Below are positions 11,257 through 23,637 of a stretch of 37,104 nt of DNA, in pieces. Each line of letters begins with the position of its first letter. The first letter of the stretch is position 1. Position numbers and translations under genes: made by a program. The notes under the pieces are model-generated. The model was not told the DNA's origin, did no database searches, and was given only the letters and a program-made list of their open reading frames with translations. The DNA is from Macrostomum lignano (Eukaryota): contig NIVC01001107.1 in assembly GCA_002269645.1 (NCBI GenBank), positions 1 through 37,104 on the forward strand. The letters are read 5' to 3'.

Positions 11257-11682
11257 AATCTGCGAATTCATCATCTCTACTGTCTTTGTAAGTAAGTATT
11301 CACAAAGCAATTATTAAACTCATCAGTTGTCATTGAATTCCCTTATTTATAATATGTTATTTTGCATACTTTCATATGGATGTTTGTTTAGTTAAAAACT
11401 TTCAATTAAGCTCCAAAACTTCATTATAGGTTCTAAATTGATCATAGCAATGAGCTGTGTCAGTTAAGTTTCTTATTTTCATTTAGGAGTAAGAAAAAGC
11501 AACACGAAACACTTATTTATCCAGTAAACAGAATTATTTATTTTATTTATTTAGAATTCTTTAAATTCTCAAACACATAAATAAAAAAATCAAGAAATCA
11601 TATCAAGTTAATTCCACAAACAAATTGAATTTAATTATTCCGCTGCTGCTGCTGCTGCGGCTGTTGCTTTCTTTTCTTTTCT

Positions 11683-11734
11683 TCACTCCGACCTCCGACC
11701 GCCCGCAGGCGGCCGGGGCGGGGCCGGGTGCGGC

Positions 11735-11778
<44 letters not shown>

Positions 11779-11779
11779 C

Positions 11780-11823
<44 letters not shown>

Positions 11824-12065
11824 CTGCTGCTGCAGCCGCATGTCGGCCAGGTCCGGACACCGGGCCACAGGGTGACCTCCACCGCAGAGATAACAGGCCA
11901 CTGTTAAGTTTGGAAAGTGCAATTTTACTCAACAGGTGGTTTCGAAAGACTTAATTACAGTAATGATACTTAGAAATGAGACTTACTAGGTTTTCTAGGG
12001 TGTCCACCACCGCGGCCTCCTCGCCGCCTGCCGCCGCCGGAAAAGAAGTTCTGGGTAAACTTCAT
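11683..12065 (-). CDS. Small 2-exon nucleic-acid-binding-like protein (~98 aa): RGG-rich segment, CX2CX3HX4C zinc knuckle, Q33 tract; exons 12065-11987 and 11900-11683
   Basis: ATG at 12065 gives MKFTQNFFSGGGRRRGGRGGGHPRKP. An 86-bp GTAAGT...TTAACAG intron (phase 1) joins it to MACYLCGGGHPVARCPDLADMRL-Q33-PHPAPP. TATATAAA lies 75 bp upstream and AATAAA downstream (~11540). A 1-nt shift would extend the C-terminus to ...EEKKRKQQPQQQQQRNN (stop at 11631). Confidence 0.68.
11735..11834. repeat. (CTG/TTG)n microsatellite = poly-Gln codons on the minus strand
   Basis: 33 CAG/CAA codons. Confidence 0.95.
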
Positions 12066-12138
12066 TTGTGGAACAGTGGAGTTAAACAGTGGAACTATAC
12101 AGTGGAAATTATACGAGCGTGTCGTACGCTCACTCTGG

Positions 12139-12789
12139 TTTATATACGCTCACTCATGTCAAGCAAGGATTAGCGAGATTGGTTTGAAAACCTTGCTAAC
12201 GAAATGAAACTCATTTCATTTTTTTAAAGCCCGTTTCAGCTTAGGCAAAAATGAATACCAGCTTAGGGCCACCCCCAACCCCAGTTAAAATCGTGTGAGG
12301 CTTCATTGGTGAGCGTCATGAGGCTTTAGCTGTTTGTGATTACTGAAAAGTCGCACTAGGTTGGGGCTTGCACTGGCAGTTTAATGAAATCACTTTAGTT
12401 GAATACAAAGTTTACTGCTATTGGCTGACTTGAAACCCTCTATTTTTAGCCACGTTAGCCACACGCCGCACTGGCTTCCCAATTACAGTGTACATTTAAG
12501 ATCTTTTTTGTGTCCTATTATTGAAGTGTGTCGAAAACAGATTGCATAACAAGTCGCACCACACTCGACTCTGACACCCCACACAGTGTACATAAAGAAA
12601 GAACGTAAAAGCTAAGGCAATCACCAGCCAATCCACAACAAGTAGCCCAGTGGGTGGATTAGAACAAAACTCTCTCTGATTGGTTAGCCAGATCTAAATT
12701 GATCTTTACATGGCACCCTCTATTGGCATGAGTCATCACAGTTAGGGTTGTCCGAAACGAAATGCTGCAATATAAACTGGCACAATTGG
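12139..12789. promoter_or_regulatory. Putative bidirectional Pol II promoter
   Basis: TATATAAA on - (12146-12139) and TATAAA on + (12771-12776). CCAAT/ATTGG at 12178, 12305, 12420, 12479, 12628, 12679, 12722 and 12785. TGAGTCA at 12729. Confidence 0.6.
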
Positions 12790-12882
12790 CCTTGATGCTA
12801 AAACTATCAAACCACAAACCGTAAAGACCTTATCAGTGAAATTTTTATAATCCATATTTTTGGCAACTATCAATCGAGCAAT

Positions 12883-14291
12883 ATGGAGTCAACCGAAGGA
12901 GCCAAGAAAAGCAAAGCGTGTATCTCTGCTCTGCTTCCGGGCCTGATGCACGCTGCAATCGTTGGCCTCGTAATGAGGCTGTCCAAAATCACGGACTTTG
13001 AAGGCAAAAGAGGACCAGGCCAAGTGTTTTCCTTTATCCTCTGTGACGACACCGGCGATATACGTGTAAGCGTGTTCGGAAAGGATCTTAAGCCTTTCCT
13101 GGAGGTGTGTCGTGAGGGCGTCGCCGTCCGCATATCCGGCGGCTGGGTGAAGAAGGCGGATCCCAAATACAGCACTACGGACAATGAGCACGAGCTAACA
13201 GTTTCAATTGACCAACGTGGAACCATTGTGAGGACCCTCGAGACCGTCACTCGACGTGCACCAAGCTATAAGAAGATAAAAGAGATTTCGGACTGTGAAA
13301 TGAAAATGTAAGTTAACTTGTTGCAATTGTTAAAAATAAAATGGAAAGGATTTGGAATATATATTCCCACTAAATGTTAGGTTAGCCAATTATTTCTAGG
13401 GAAACTTATTTAAATCAGTCAGTGAAGTTGCTTAGTGAATGAGTTAATGCATTCTTGTAAGTTCACCCTTTGCCTCACATATCTCAGGAATGTTAACGTC
13501 TATGGCACGATTTCTGCTGTCCAGAAACCAACGGAAGTTAAAACCGGTTCCGGAAAACTTATCAACCTGGCGAAAGTGACGCTTGTTGATCAGTCTGGGT
13601 CCTCCGTGTCGTGCACATTTTGGGCCAGCTCTACTGCCCAAGTGAATGACTGGTCTGTGGGCGACGTTCTAGCGATTCATGGTGCTCAAGTCCAGGAATA
13701 TTCCCAGACAATCAGTCTCGGATGTTCGAAAGCGGAAATTCAGCATTGGCCAGAAGACTCTGCTGATGTCTCCGACATTACCCAGTGGTACAAGGATGCG
13801 CTTTCTAGCCAACAGTGCTTCGAGGAGCTACGGGTGACGCAAAGCTCCCAGCGGGAGAAATATGCTAACCGTGACGACGAAATGGTATTACAGTACCCAG
13901 AGCGAATGTTCGACCAATTCGATGAGGTGCGAAGAATTAAAGTGCGATTTGGGGACAAAGAGGTAAGTTGATTTTACGAGTATTACGTGTGGGTTAAATA
14001 GAAATATGGTGTCAGAGAACGTACTAAAGAAGCAATAAGTGATTGACTGCTTAGATTCATTATTAACTTGTTCAATGAGGCCTCTTATCTCTAAAGATTA
14101 GGTTTATTCATTCATTCAAGAGTAATATGAATATAAAAAATTGATTAAATTCATATATAAATTTCATTTCACAGGTGACATTTTCCCGAGATCATATCAA
14201 CAGAAGTCAGCAGATCCCCGCTATGTCAACCCCTAAGGCTCCCAATGTGTCCGAGAAGCCTGGGCCATCACATGATTTCATGGACGAGTAG
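12883..14291 (+). CDS. RPA70 (RPA1)-like single-stranded DNA-binding protein, OB folds A and B only, 3 exons (12883-13307, 13488-13962, 14175-14291), 338 aa
   Basis: GQVFSFILCDDTGDIRVSVF, VKKADPKYS...ELT, VTLVDQSGSSVSCTFW and VLAIHGAQVQEY parallel human RPA1 DBD-A/B as I recall them. GT-AG introns in phase (2,0); no frameshift; AATAAA at 14305. Lacks RPA70N and the DBD-C Zn ribbon. Confidence 0.88.
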
Positions 14292-14469
14292 GACTTGAAA
14301 GACTAATAAAGATGCAATTAACGTGAGTAATGCTTGAGTGCATTTTTGTCTGCCAGTAGCGCATCTGAGTTCGATAGCCATCACAAGTAGTTTAACCTGA
14401 TATGTATAATACGGCCCGATGAGACGTATCAGGTAAATCCTGCTTTATTCACCTAATAAATTAAAATTA

Positions 14470-15710
14470 GATGGGATCATAATGGAATTGGGATCAGTGA
14501 TTAGCTAAGCAAAATGATTAGCTAAATTGTGTTCATTGCATAACAGAACTGAGATCATTGCTTAGCGAAATTGGGTTCATTGCATAACAGAACTGAGATC
14601 ATTGCTTAGTTAAATTGGGTTTATGGCATTACAGAACTGAGAGCATTGCTTAGCTAAATTGGGTTCATTGCTTGTTCATTGGGTTCACAGAATCTCTTAG
14701 ATCCCAATCCTAAATTCATAGAATCTCTTAGATCCCAATCCTAAATTCATGGGATCTCTTAGATCCCAATCCTAAATTCACAGAATCTCTTAGATCCCAA
14801 TCCTAAATTCATAGAATCTCTTAGATCCCAATGCTAAATTCTTAGAATCTCTTAGATCCCAATCCTAAATTCACAGAATCTCTTAGATCCCAATGCTAAA
14901 TTCACAGAATCTATTAGATTCCAATCCTAAATTCATAGAATCTCTTAAATCCCAATCCTAAATTCATAGAATCTCTTAGATCCCAATCCTAAATTCATAG
15001 AATCTCTTAGATCCCAATCCTAAATTCACAGAATCTTATATATCAATCCTAAATCATTGCTTAGCTAAATTGTGTTTGTGGCATAACAGAAGTGAGATCA
15101 TTGCTTAGCTAAATTGTGTTTGTGGCATAACAGAAGTGAGATCATTGCTTAGCCTAATTGGGTTCATTGCATAACAGAACTAAGATCATTGCTTAGCGTA
15201 ATTGGGATCATTTGGCATAACTAAGTTGGGATCCTTGCATACTAAATTGGGATCATAGCAAACCAGAATTGGAATTATCGCATAATGAAATTGGGCTCAT
15301 AGCATGATACGAATGGGATCATTGAAGAATGGAAAATTGGATTCATAGTTTACCAGAATTATGATTAGTAAGAGGGGCGTCCGTAAGGTAATGAAAATTT
15401 TCTGCTACGAGTTGGGATCAAGGCAAACCAGAATAGGATCGGATTGGGTTCCCAATAGCCAATTGGGTTCCCAACCCAATAGCTAAATTGTGTTTGTGGC
15501 ATAACAGAAGTGAGATCATTGCTTAGCTAAATTGTGTTTGTGGCATAACAGAAGTGAGATCATTGCTTAGCCTAATTGGGTTCATTGCATAACAGAACTA
15601 AGATCATTGCTTAGCGTAATTGGGATCATTTGGCGTAACTAAAATGGGATTATTGCATAACTAAATTGAGATCCTTTCATAACTAGATTGAGATCATTGC
15701 ATAACTAGAT
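14470..15710. repeat. 44-bp repeat family (gcataacagaactgagatcattgcttagctaaattgggttcatt) in blocks 14500-14680, 15050-15250, 15480-15700; also 10710-10810
   Basis: Period 44 (gcataac at 14538 and 14582). Confidence 0.85.
14688..15050. repeat. Second array of the 31-bp minisatellite, ~11-12 copies
   Basis: Shares ordered diagnostic variants (catgggatct, caatgcta, ctattagattcc, cttatatatc) with 10330-10700. Confidence 0.93.
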
Positions 15711-16150
15711 TGGGATCAAGGCAAACCAGAATAGGATCGGATACAATCGGATCCCAATTTAGTTGTGCCATGAAAGTTAATAAGTAATAGTGAAATTAAT
15801 GTAGGTAAATATTAGGTGAATATATAGCAGGTTGGCTGCATATCAATGGGCCTTGAGATTGTGGTTGAAATAACGTGTTCGCTGCTTTTTCACGATTCAG
15901 AGGTTCTTCCACTCTAAAACTGAGGGTATGCAGCCATGAGAGAGAGGTTTGAAGCAGCTTCAGCAAACCTAGAGACTTGTGATAGCTAAGCTTTTTGTGT
16001 GACGTTGAGTGCGTGAACTTAACTTGCCCCAGTGAATGCCTCTGACCAGCAGTGCAGAGTAAAGCAAGCCAACAAGCAGTAGGATTGACACCATTATTCT
16101 TGCAGTCAAATGCAATGAACTGTGCAATGATACTGTCTTGTTGGCGGAGC
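15709..16150 (+). repeat. 442-bp direct repeat, copy 2
   Basis: See 10815-11256. Confidence 0.92.
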
Positions 16151-16929
16151 CTTCTGCAAGTGCATCATGTTTACTGTTTGTGGGTAATATTTTTAGGTGC
16201 AATGCAATTTTTTCTTTTTTCATTGTACTGAATCCCATTACTGTCCCATTACTGTCGTTTTCTGACATTACTCAGTAGTCACAACTTGTTTCTGTCGAAA
16301 AAATAATTTAACAAACGAAAGAGGAAAATCGCTGAATTCTCTACATTTGGAGTTTGTTTTCTTATAATGTCATAATGATATGTATTTGTATAATAATAAT
16401 TTTGCCAGATGCTCACTCAATTGTTGTTGTTTTGTTGTTTTCAATGTGTTTTGCAATTGAAGAAATACAAAAAATGTTTCAGTGGACAAAGACCAGTCCC
16501 ATGATTCATGAATCTGCACACCTGGTACCTGCCTTATTCTATTTTAAAAGATAAATTGTCAGGCATGCATTTATAATGAAGAATGATACAAAATGGATTA
16601 CTAAGAAAAGAGGTCAGATGAGAAATAGGATCTGATCAGAACTGGAATCATTAAGAAAAAGAAAGGAGATTAGAAATTGATCCATTGATATTTAATTAGC
16701 CATTGATATGGCTAATTAAATGATATGGTATGATATGGCTATAAATTACTTTTTACTCTAACCGATTTGCTATAAGAATTAAATTATAAGGGCCACAATT
16801 CAAGACAAGAGATAGCATAGATGCGAACAGACTGGACTGCTAATGCTGCGACCTGGGTTCGAATCTTAGTAGTGCAAAAAGATTTTTTTATTCAAAAACC
16901 TTAAAAACACAAAATGCTAAACACAAAAA

Positions 16930-19310
16930 AGCACAATGTCAAACATTAAAGAGCCACCATGTCAAACATTAAAGAGCCACCATTTCAAACCTAAAAGAGC
17001 CACCATGTCGAACATTAAAGAGCCACCATGTCAAACAATAAAGAGCAACCAGGTCAAACATATACATGACTCCATGTCGAACATTGAAGAGCCACCATGT
17101 CAAACATTAAAGAGCCACCATGTCAAACATATACATGACGCCATGTCGAACATAAAAGAGCCACCATGTCGAACATTAAAAAGCCACCATGTCAAACATT
17201 AAAGAGCCACCATTTCAAACCTAAAAGAGCCACCATGTCGAACATTAAAGAGCCACCATGTCAAACATTAAAGAGCAACCAGGTCAAACATATACATGAC
17301 TCCATGTCGAACATTGAAGAGCCACCATGTCGAACATTAAAGGGCCACCATGTCAAATATTAAAGGGCCACCATGTCAAATATTAAAGAGCCACCATGTC
17401 AAACATTAAAGAGCCACCAGGTCAAACATGAAAGTGCCACCATGTCTAACATTAAAGAGCCACCATGGCAAAAATATACATGACTCTATGTCGAACATTC
17501 AAGAGCTACCATGTCAAACATATACATGACTCCATGTCAAACATTAAAGAGACACTATGTCAAACATTAAAGAGCCACCAGGTCAAACATGAAAGTGCCA
17601 CCATTTAACACATTAAAGAGCCACCATGTCGAACATTTAAGAACCACCATGTCAAACATAAAATAGCCACCATGTGAAACATATACGTGACTCCATGTAA
17701 AACATTAAAGAGCTACCATTTCAGACATATACATGACTCCATGTCAAACATATACGTGACTCCATGTTAGACATTAAAGAGCCACCATGTCGAACATTAA
17801 AGAGCCAACATGTTAAAAATACAAGAGCCACCATGTCAAACATATACATGACTCCATGTCAAACATTGAAGAGACACCATGTCGAACATAAAAGAGCCAC
17901 CATGCAAAACATAAAAGAGCCACCATGTCTAACATTAAAGAGCCACCATGGCAAACATATACATGACTCCATGTCAAACATTGAAGAGCCACCATGTTAA
18001 ACATATACATGACTCCATGTCAAACATTAAAGAGACACTATGTCAAACATTAAAGAGCCACCATGTCAAACATATACATGACTCCATGTTGAACATTCAA
18101 GAGCTACCATGTCAAACATATACATGACTCCATGTTGAACATTCAAGAGCTACCATGTCAAACATATACATGACTCCATGTCAAACATTGAAGAGCCACC
18201 ATGTCGAACATAAAAGGGCCACCATGTCAAATATTAAAGAGCCACCATGTTAAACATTAAAGAGACACCAGGTCAAACATGAAAGTGCCACCATGTAAAA
18301 CATTAAAGAGCCACCATGTCGAACATTTAAGAACCACCATGTCAAACATAAAATAGCCAACATGTGAAACATATACGTGATTCCATGTAAAACATTAAAG
18401 AGCTACCATATCAGGCATATGCATGACTCCATGTCAAACATATAACGTGACTCCATGTTAGACAATTAAGAGCTACCATTTCGAACATTAAAGAGTCAAC
18501 ATGTTAAAAATACAAGAGCATCCATGTCAAACATATACATGACTCCATGTCAAACATTGAAGAGACACCATGTCGAACATAAAAGAGCCACCATGCAAAA
18601 CAAAAAAGAGCCACCATGTCTAACATTAAAGAGCCACCATGTCAAACATATACATGACTCCATGTCGAACATTACAGAGCCACCATGTCAAAGATAAAAG
18701 AGCCACCATGTCAAACATAAAAGAGCCACCATGTTCAATATTAAAGAGCCACCAGGTCAAACATGAAAGTTCCACCATGTAAAACATTAACGAGCCACCA
18801 TGTAAAACATATACGTAACTCCATGTCAAACATTGAAGCGACACCATGCCGAACATAAAAGAGCCACCATGTCGAACATAAAAGAGCTACCATGTCAAAC
18901 ATTAAAGAGCCACCATGTCTAACATTAAAAAGCCACCATGTCCAACATTAAAGAGCCACCATGTCAAAAAGTAAAGAGCCACCTTTTTGAACATTAAAGA
19001 GCCACCATGTCAAACATAATAGAGCCACCATGTCAAACATAATAGAGCCACCATGTCAAACATAATAGAGCCACCATGTCAAACATTAAAAAGCCACTTT
19101 GTCAAACATAGAAGAGCCCCCATGTCAAACATAGAAGAGCCCCCATGTCAAACATAGAAGAGCCACCATGTCAGACATTGAAAAGCCACCGTATCAAACA
19201 TAAAAGAGTTACCATGTACGAGCGTAGAACAAAAAAGAGCCACAATGTATAACATAAAAGAGCCACCCTGTTAAACATAAAAGATACACAATTTCAAACG
19301 TAAAAGTAAG
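16930..19310. repeat. 23-bp minisatellite with two monomer types (aaagagccaccatgtcaaacatt / atatacatgactccatgtcaaac), ~100 copies
   Basis: Direct reading. Confidence 0.95.
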
Positions 19311-19371
19311 CGAATTTTAAAGGAGCCGCTATAATGCTAAGGAAATTGTCGCACTAGCTACTTATTGTCTG

Positions 19372-19730
19372 GTGGATGCTTACTATTTGGGGATGCTATC
19401 TATCTTGGGGATGCTTGCTATCTTGGGATGCTTCTATCTGGGGGACGCTTGCTATCTGGGGATGCTTGCTATCCGGGGATGCTTGCTATCTGGGGGATGC
19501 TTGCAATCTGGGGGATGCTTGCTATCTGAGGGATGCTTGCTATCTGGGGATGCTTGCTATCTTGGGGATGCTTGCTATCTGAGGGATGCTTGCTATCTGG
19601 GGGATGCTTGCTATCTGGGGGATGCTTGCTATCTGGGGGATGCTTGCTATCCGGGGGATGCTTGCTATCTGGGGGATGCTTGCTATCTGGGGGACGCTTG
19701 CTATCTGGGGGATGCTTGCGGTCTTGGGAT
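19372..19730. repeat. 18-19-bp G-rich minisatellite (gggggatgcttgctatct)
   Basis: Direct reading; same family at 33545-34335. Confidence 0.93.
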
Positions 19731-19839
19731 GATTTCTTTTTGCAATGCACTTCATTTGAGCAGTTTGTCTGTTGTCTTTTTGAAGGATTTTTGGCTGTTT
19801 TTTTGTTACTTGTAGAGAACAGAGATTCTATCCAGATGT

Positions 19840-19866
19840 CCCCCATCGGGGGGCGAAGATTGCGAG
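19840..19866 (+). terminator. Degenerate Helitron 3' terminus of unit A (ccccc-atc-gggggg ... gattgCGAG)
   Basis: Aligns with 34555-34583 (cccc-gaa-ggggg ... gattgCTAG); followed directly by TCC. Confidence 0.65.
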
Positions 19867-20477
19867 TCCTATATACTAAAAATGAAAATCTTGCTTGTTT
19901 GTTTGTACGCAATCGATTAGAGAAAAAATGGCTGGACCGATTTTCATGAGACTTGCACTGTTCGATCAGAAATTTTCCCGTGACGGTACATGCATCTTGG
20001 CTAAGAAATTGCTCCATGTTAAAGCGATTAAATATTCGAAAAACATGCTTTTTTGGAAAGGTCAAGCAAACTTTTCGACTTGAAATGCATTGTAATAATG
20101 CTAGAGAAAAAACTGACTGGTTAAATTCTGATTCTGAAATAGATTGCATCATAGCTGAATTGTAACTCCAGCTTGAATTGCGTCGCAGTATTGAAAATGC
20201 GGTGTGGAAGCGTAGCACCAGACTTGATTTAGATTGCGTAACCATATTCTCAACTTTAATTGAGACTGATACTGACTTGCCTGGGAAATTGATTATGTCA
20301 TAACTGCTTCGCGAGTAAGTGTTGAATTATATAAGTGCTACAATTTCATTTATAAATTCGATAAGAGCTAGCCTAGATGTGAACAGACTGGACTGCAAAT
20401 GCAGCGACCTGGGTTCGAATCTTAGTAGTGGAAAGTTTTTTAATAAAAGCTTTTATTCAAGGACAAATAAAGGACAA

Positions 20478-22290
20478 AAGGCGTCATGTAAAAAAATCAT
20501 AGAAGTGTCATGTAAACAATCATAGAAGCGTCATGTAAACCATCATAGAAGCGTCATGTAAACCATCATAGAAGTGTCATGTAAAAAATCATAGAAGCGT
20601 CATGTAAACCATCATAGAAGCGTCATGTAAAAAATCATAGAAGCGTCATGTAAACAATCATAGAAGCGTCATGTTAAAATAATATAAGCGTCATCTAAAA
20701 TCATAGAAGCGTCATGTAAACAATCATAGAAAAGTCATGTAAAAAATCATAGAAGCTTCATGTAAAAAATCATAGAAGCGTCATGTAAAAAATCATAGAA
20801 GCGTCATGTAAACAATCATAGAAGCGTCATGTAAAAAAATCATAGAAGCCTCATGTAAAAAATCATAGAAGCGTCATGTAAAAAATCATAGAATCGTCAT
20901 GAAAAAATCATAGAAGCGTCATGTAAACAATCATAGAAGCGTCATGTTGAAAATCATATAAGCGTCATGTAAAAAATCATAGAAGCGTCATGTAAACAAT
21001 CATCGAAGCGTCATCTAAAAAGTCATAGAAGCGTCATGTAAACAATCATAGAAGCGTCATGAAAAAATCATAGGAGTGTCATGAAAAAATCATAGAAGCG
21101 TCATGTAAACAATTATAGAAGCGTCATTTAAAAAAATCATAGAAGCGTCATGTAAACGATCATAGAAGCGTCATGTAAAACTCATAGAAGCGTCATTTAA
21201 AAAAATCATAGAAGCGTCATGTAAACAATCATAAAAGCGTCATGTAAACAATCATAGAAGCGTCATGTAAAAAATCATAGAAGCGTCATGTAAAAAGCAT
21301 AGAAGCGTCATTTAAAAAAATCATAGAAGCGTCATGTAAACGATCATAGAAGCGTCATGTAAAACTCATAGAAGCGTCATTTAAAAAAATCATAGAAGCG
21401 TCATGTAAACAATCATAGAAGCGTCATGTAAACAATCATAGAAGCGTCATGTAAAAAATCATAGAAGCGTCATGTAAAAAGCATAGAAGCGTCATGTAAA
21501 AAGCATAGAAGCGTCATATAAAACTCATAGAAGCGTCATTTAAAAAAATCATAGAAGCGTCATGTAAACAATTATAGATGCGTCATGTAAAAATCATTGA
21601 AGCGTCATGTAAACAATCATAGAAGCGTCATATAAAAATCATAGAAGCGTCATGTAAACAATCATAGAAGCGTCATGTAAACCATCATAGAAGCGTAATG
21701 TAAAAAATCATAGAAGCGTCATCTAAAAATCATAGAAGTGTCATGTAAACAATCATAGAAGCGTCATGTAAAAAATCATAGAAGCGTCATGTAAACCATC
21801 ATAGAAGCGTCATGTAAACCATCGTAGAAGCGTAATGTAAACAATCATAGAAGCGTCATCTAAAATCATAGAAGCGTCATGTAAACAATCATAGAAGCGT
21901 CATGTTAAAAATCATAGAAGCGTCATGTAAACAATCATAGAAGCGTCATGTAAACCATCATAGAAGCGTAATGTAAAAAATCATTGAAGCATCATGTATA
22001 AAGCATAGAAGCGTCATGAAAAAATCATAGAAGCGTCATGTAAACAATCATCGAAGCGTCATCTAAAAAGTCATAGAAGCGTCATGTAAACAATCATAGA
22101 AGCGTCATGAAGAAATCATAGGAGTGTCATGAAAAAATCATAGAAGCTTCATGTAAACAATCATAGAAGCGTCATGAAAAAATCATAGAAGCCTCATTAA
22201 AAACTAATGAAAGTGTCATTTAAAAAATCAAGAAGCATCATGGTAGAATAAAAGAAGCGTCATGTCAGACATGAAAGGTGTCATGTAAAA
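20478..22290. repeat. 23-bp minisatellite (catagaagcgtcatgtaaaaaat), ~78 copies
   Basis: Direct reading. Confidence 0.95.
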
Positions 22291-22299
22291 ATTAAATGA

Positions 22300-23060
22300 A
22301 GCTATAGTGCTGGGCTAGGGAGAAAAACTGAGACGTCAAGGCTCACAGAGAATAACTGAGATTACGCGGGGGGGGGGGGGTTTCTGAGATGTCAAAGCAA
22401 AAGTCAGAAGCTGCTTCAAAGTTCATGTACTTTACTCAATTTTTTTATTACATTCTTTTTTGGCTCGCCACAGGGGGGGCGCTGATAGAAGAAGAGTCAT
22501 GTAAAAAATAAAAGTAGCACAATGTATACATAAAAGAAGAGTCATGTCGAAGTTAAAAGATTCATTTGGGAATTGCTACGATGTCAAAGCTTGGTGGAAA
22601 TCGTTATAGTGCTGTGATTCTTAAAGAAGGAATCACTAAAATGTCAAGGCTTAGGGGAGAAGAATTGCTGAGATTTCAAGACTTTAGGTTGGGTTAAAGT
22701 TAGGTTTAGGTCAGGTTTGGGTTGAGGGTTAGATTTTATCGGGTTTCAAGGTTAACGGGGGGTTTTTTAGATTTCAAGGTTTATGGAGGCCATCGCTGAC
22801 ATGTCAAGGCTTACGGGGGGAATAGCTGACATGTCAAGGCTCACGGGGGTATAAATGAGATTTCAAGGCTAAAGTCAGAAGCTACATGTAGTTTATTGAA
22901 AACTTTTTATTACATTATTTGATGCCTCCTCAGGGGAGGGATCGCTGATAAAAAAGCGTAATGTAAAAAATAAAAGAAGCTTCATGTCGAAGTGAAGAGA
23001 TGCATTTGGGAATCCCTACGATGTCGAGGCTTGCAGGGAATCGCTATAATGCTGTAGTAG
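22300..23060. repeat. Degenerate duplication (22385-22615 vs 22857-23055) with ~25-bp gctgacatgtcaaggcttacggggg subrepeats
   Basis: Shared aaagtcagaagct, ttattacatt, catttgggaat..ctacgatgtc, tataatgctg. Confidence 0.7.
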
Positions 23061-23637
23061 CGCTATAATGACTCTTTATATACTCATTGTATGCTCTCCC
23101 ATATCGCAAACCCCTACTTTATAGCAACTCCACAATTCAAGCCAGAGCCATTGATAAAGCAAGGAGGGTCTGCTCAGTGTTGCGTAATAAATTCCAATAC
23201 TTATATGCTCTTGGTTGATATTGAATTCAATATAATTATTACCTTAGCTTACTCAGCGTGCCGTATCCAGACGCTGAATTAGCGATAAGCTTTTTAGCTC
23301 AGGACAGATGTACACATATTTGAAACCCCAAACACTGGAGTCACGAGCGCTCAATTCATTGAAATTGCCGCGCACATTTCATTCACTTTGAATGTGCTTT
23401 TAAGGCAAGACTTTAGCCTGCCTCTTGAACTGGGTTTTCTATAAAGATTCATCGCATCAGCAAAATCTCAGCTTAATAATCCTCTCACCTACCTTTATTA
23501 GTACATTGACAACTACTGTCTTGATTAAACAGTTTCTGCCTACACCATTTGATCCATAACTGAGATGTCTTCTGGTATCTGATACTAATTATCTACTGAA
23601 TCGCCATTTATTATTTACTTTTTTACATTAAACTATT

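Larger units (their letters stand above)
8595..19866 (+). mobile_element. Helitron unit A (11.3 kb, no RepHel; carries the RPA-like and zinc-knuckle genes)
   Basis: TCCTATATACTAAAAATG...GGCTGGACCGATTTT Helitron-type 5' end. Its 3' region (gcactagctactt, 18-bp satellite, hairpin, gattgcgag) is homologous to the 3' end of unit C. Confidence 0.72.

Noticed and set aside
11603-11954. Poly-Ala and poly-Ser ORFs over the CTG tract
   Set aside because: Alternate frames of the microsatellite; only the poly-Q frame has a knuckle, splice sites and a promoter.
16930-22290. CRISPR-like arrays and short repeat ORFs (16936, 17166, 17764, 19372, 19533 etc.)
   Set aside because: Contiguous tandem monomers without unique spacers, no cas genes, eukaryotic context.
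23073-23084. TCTTTATATACT as an additional Helitron 5' end
   Set aside because: Not followed by the shared module and not preceded by CTAG.
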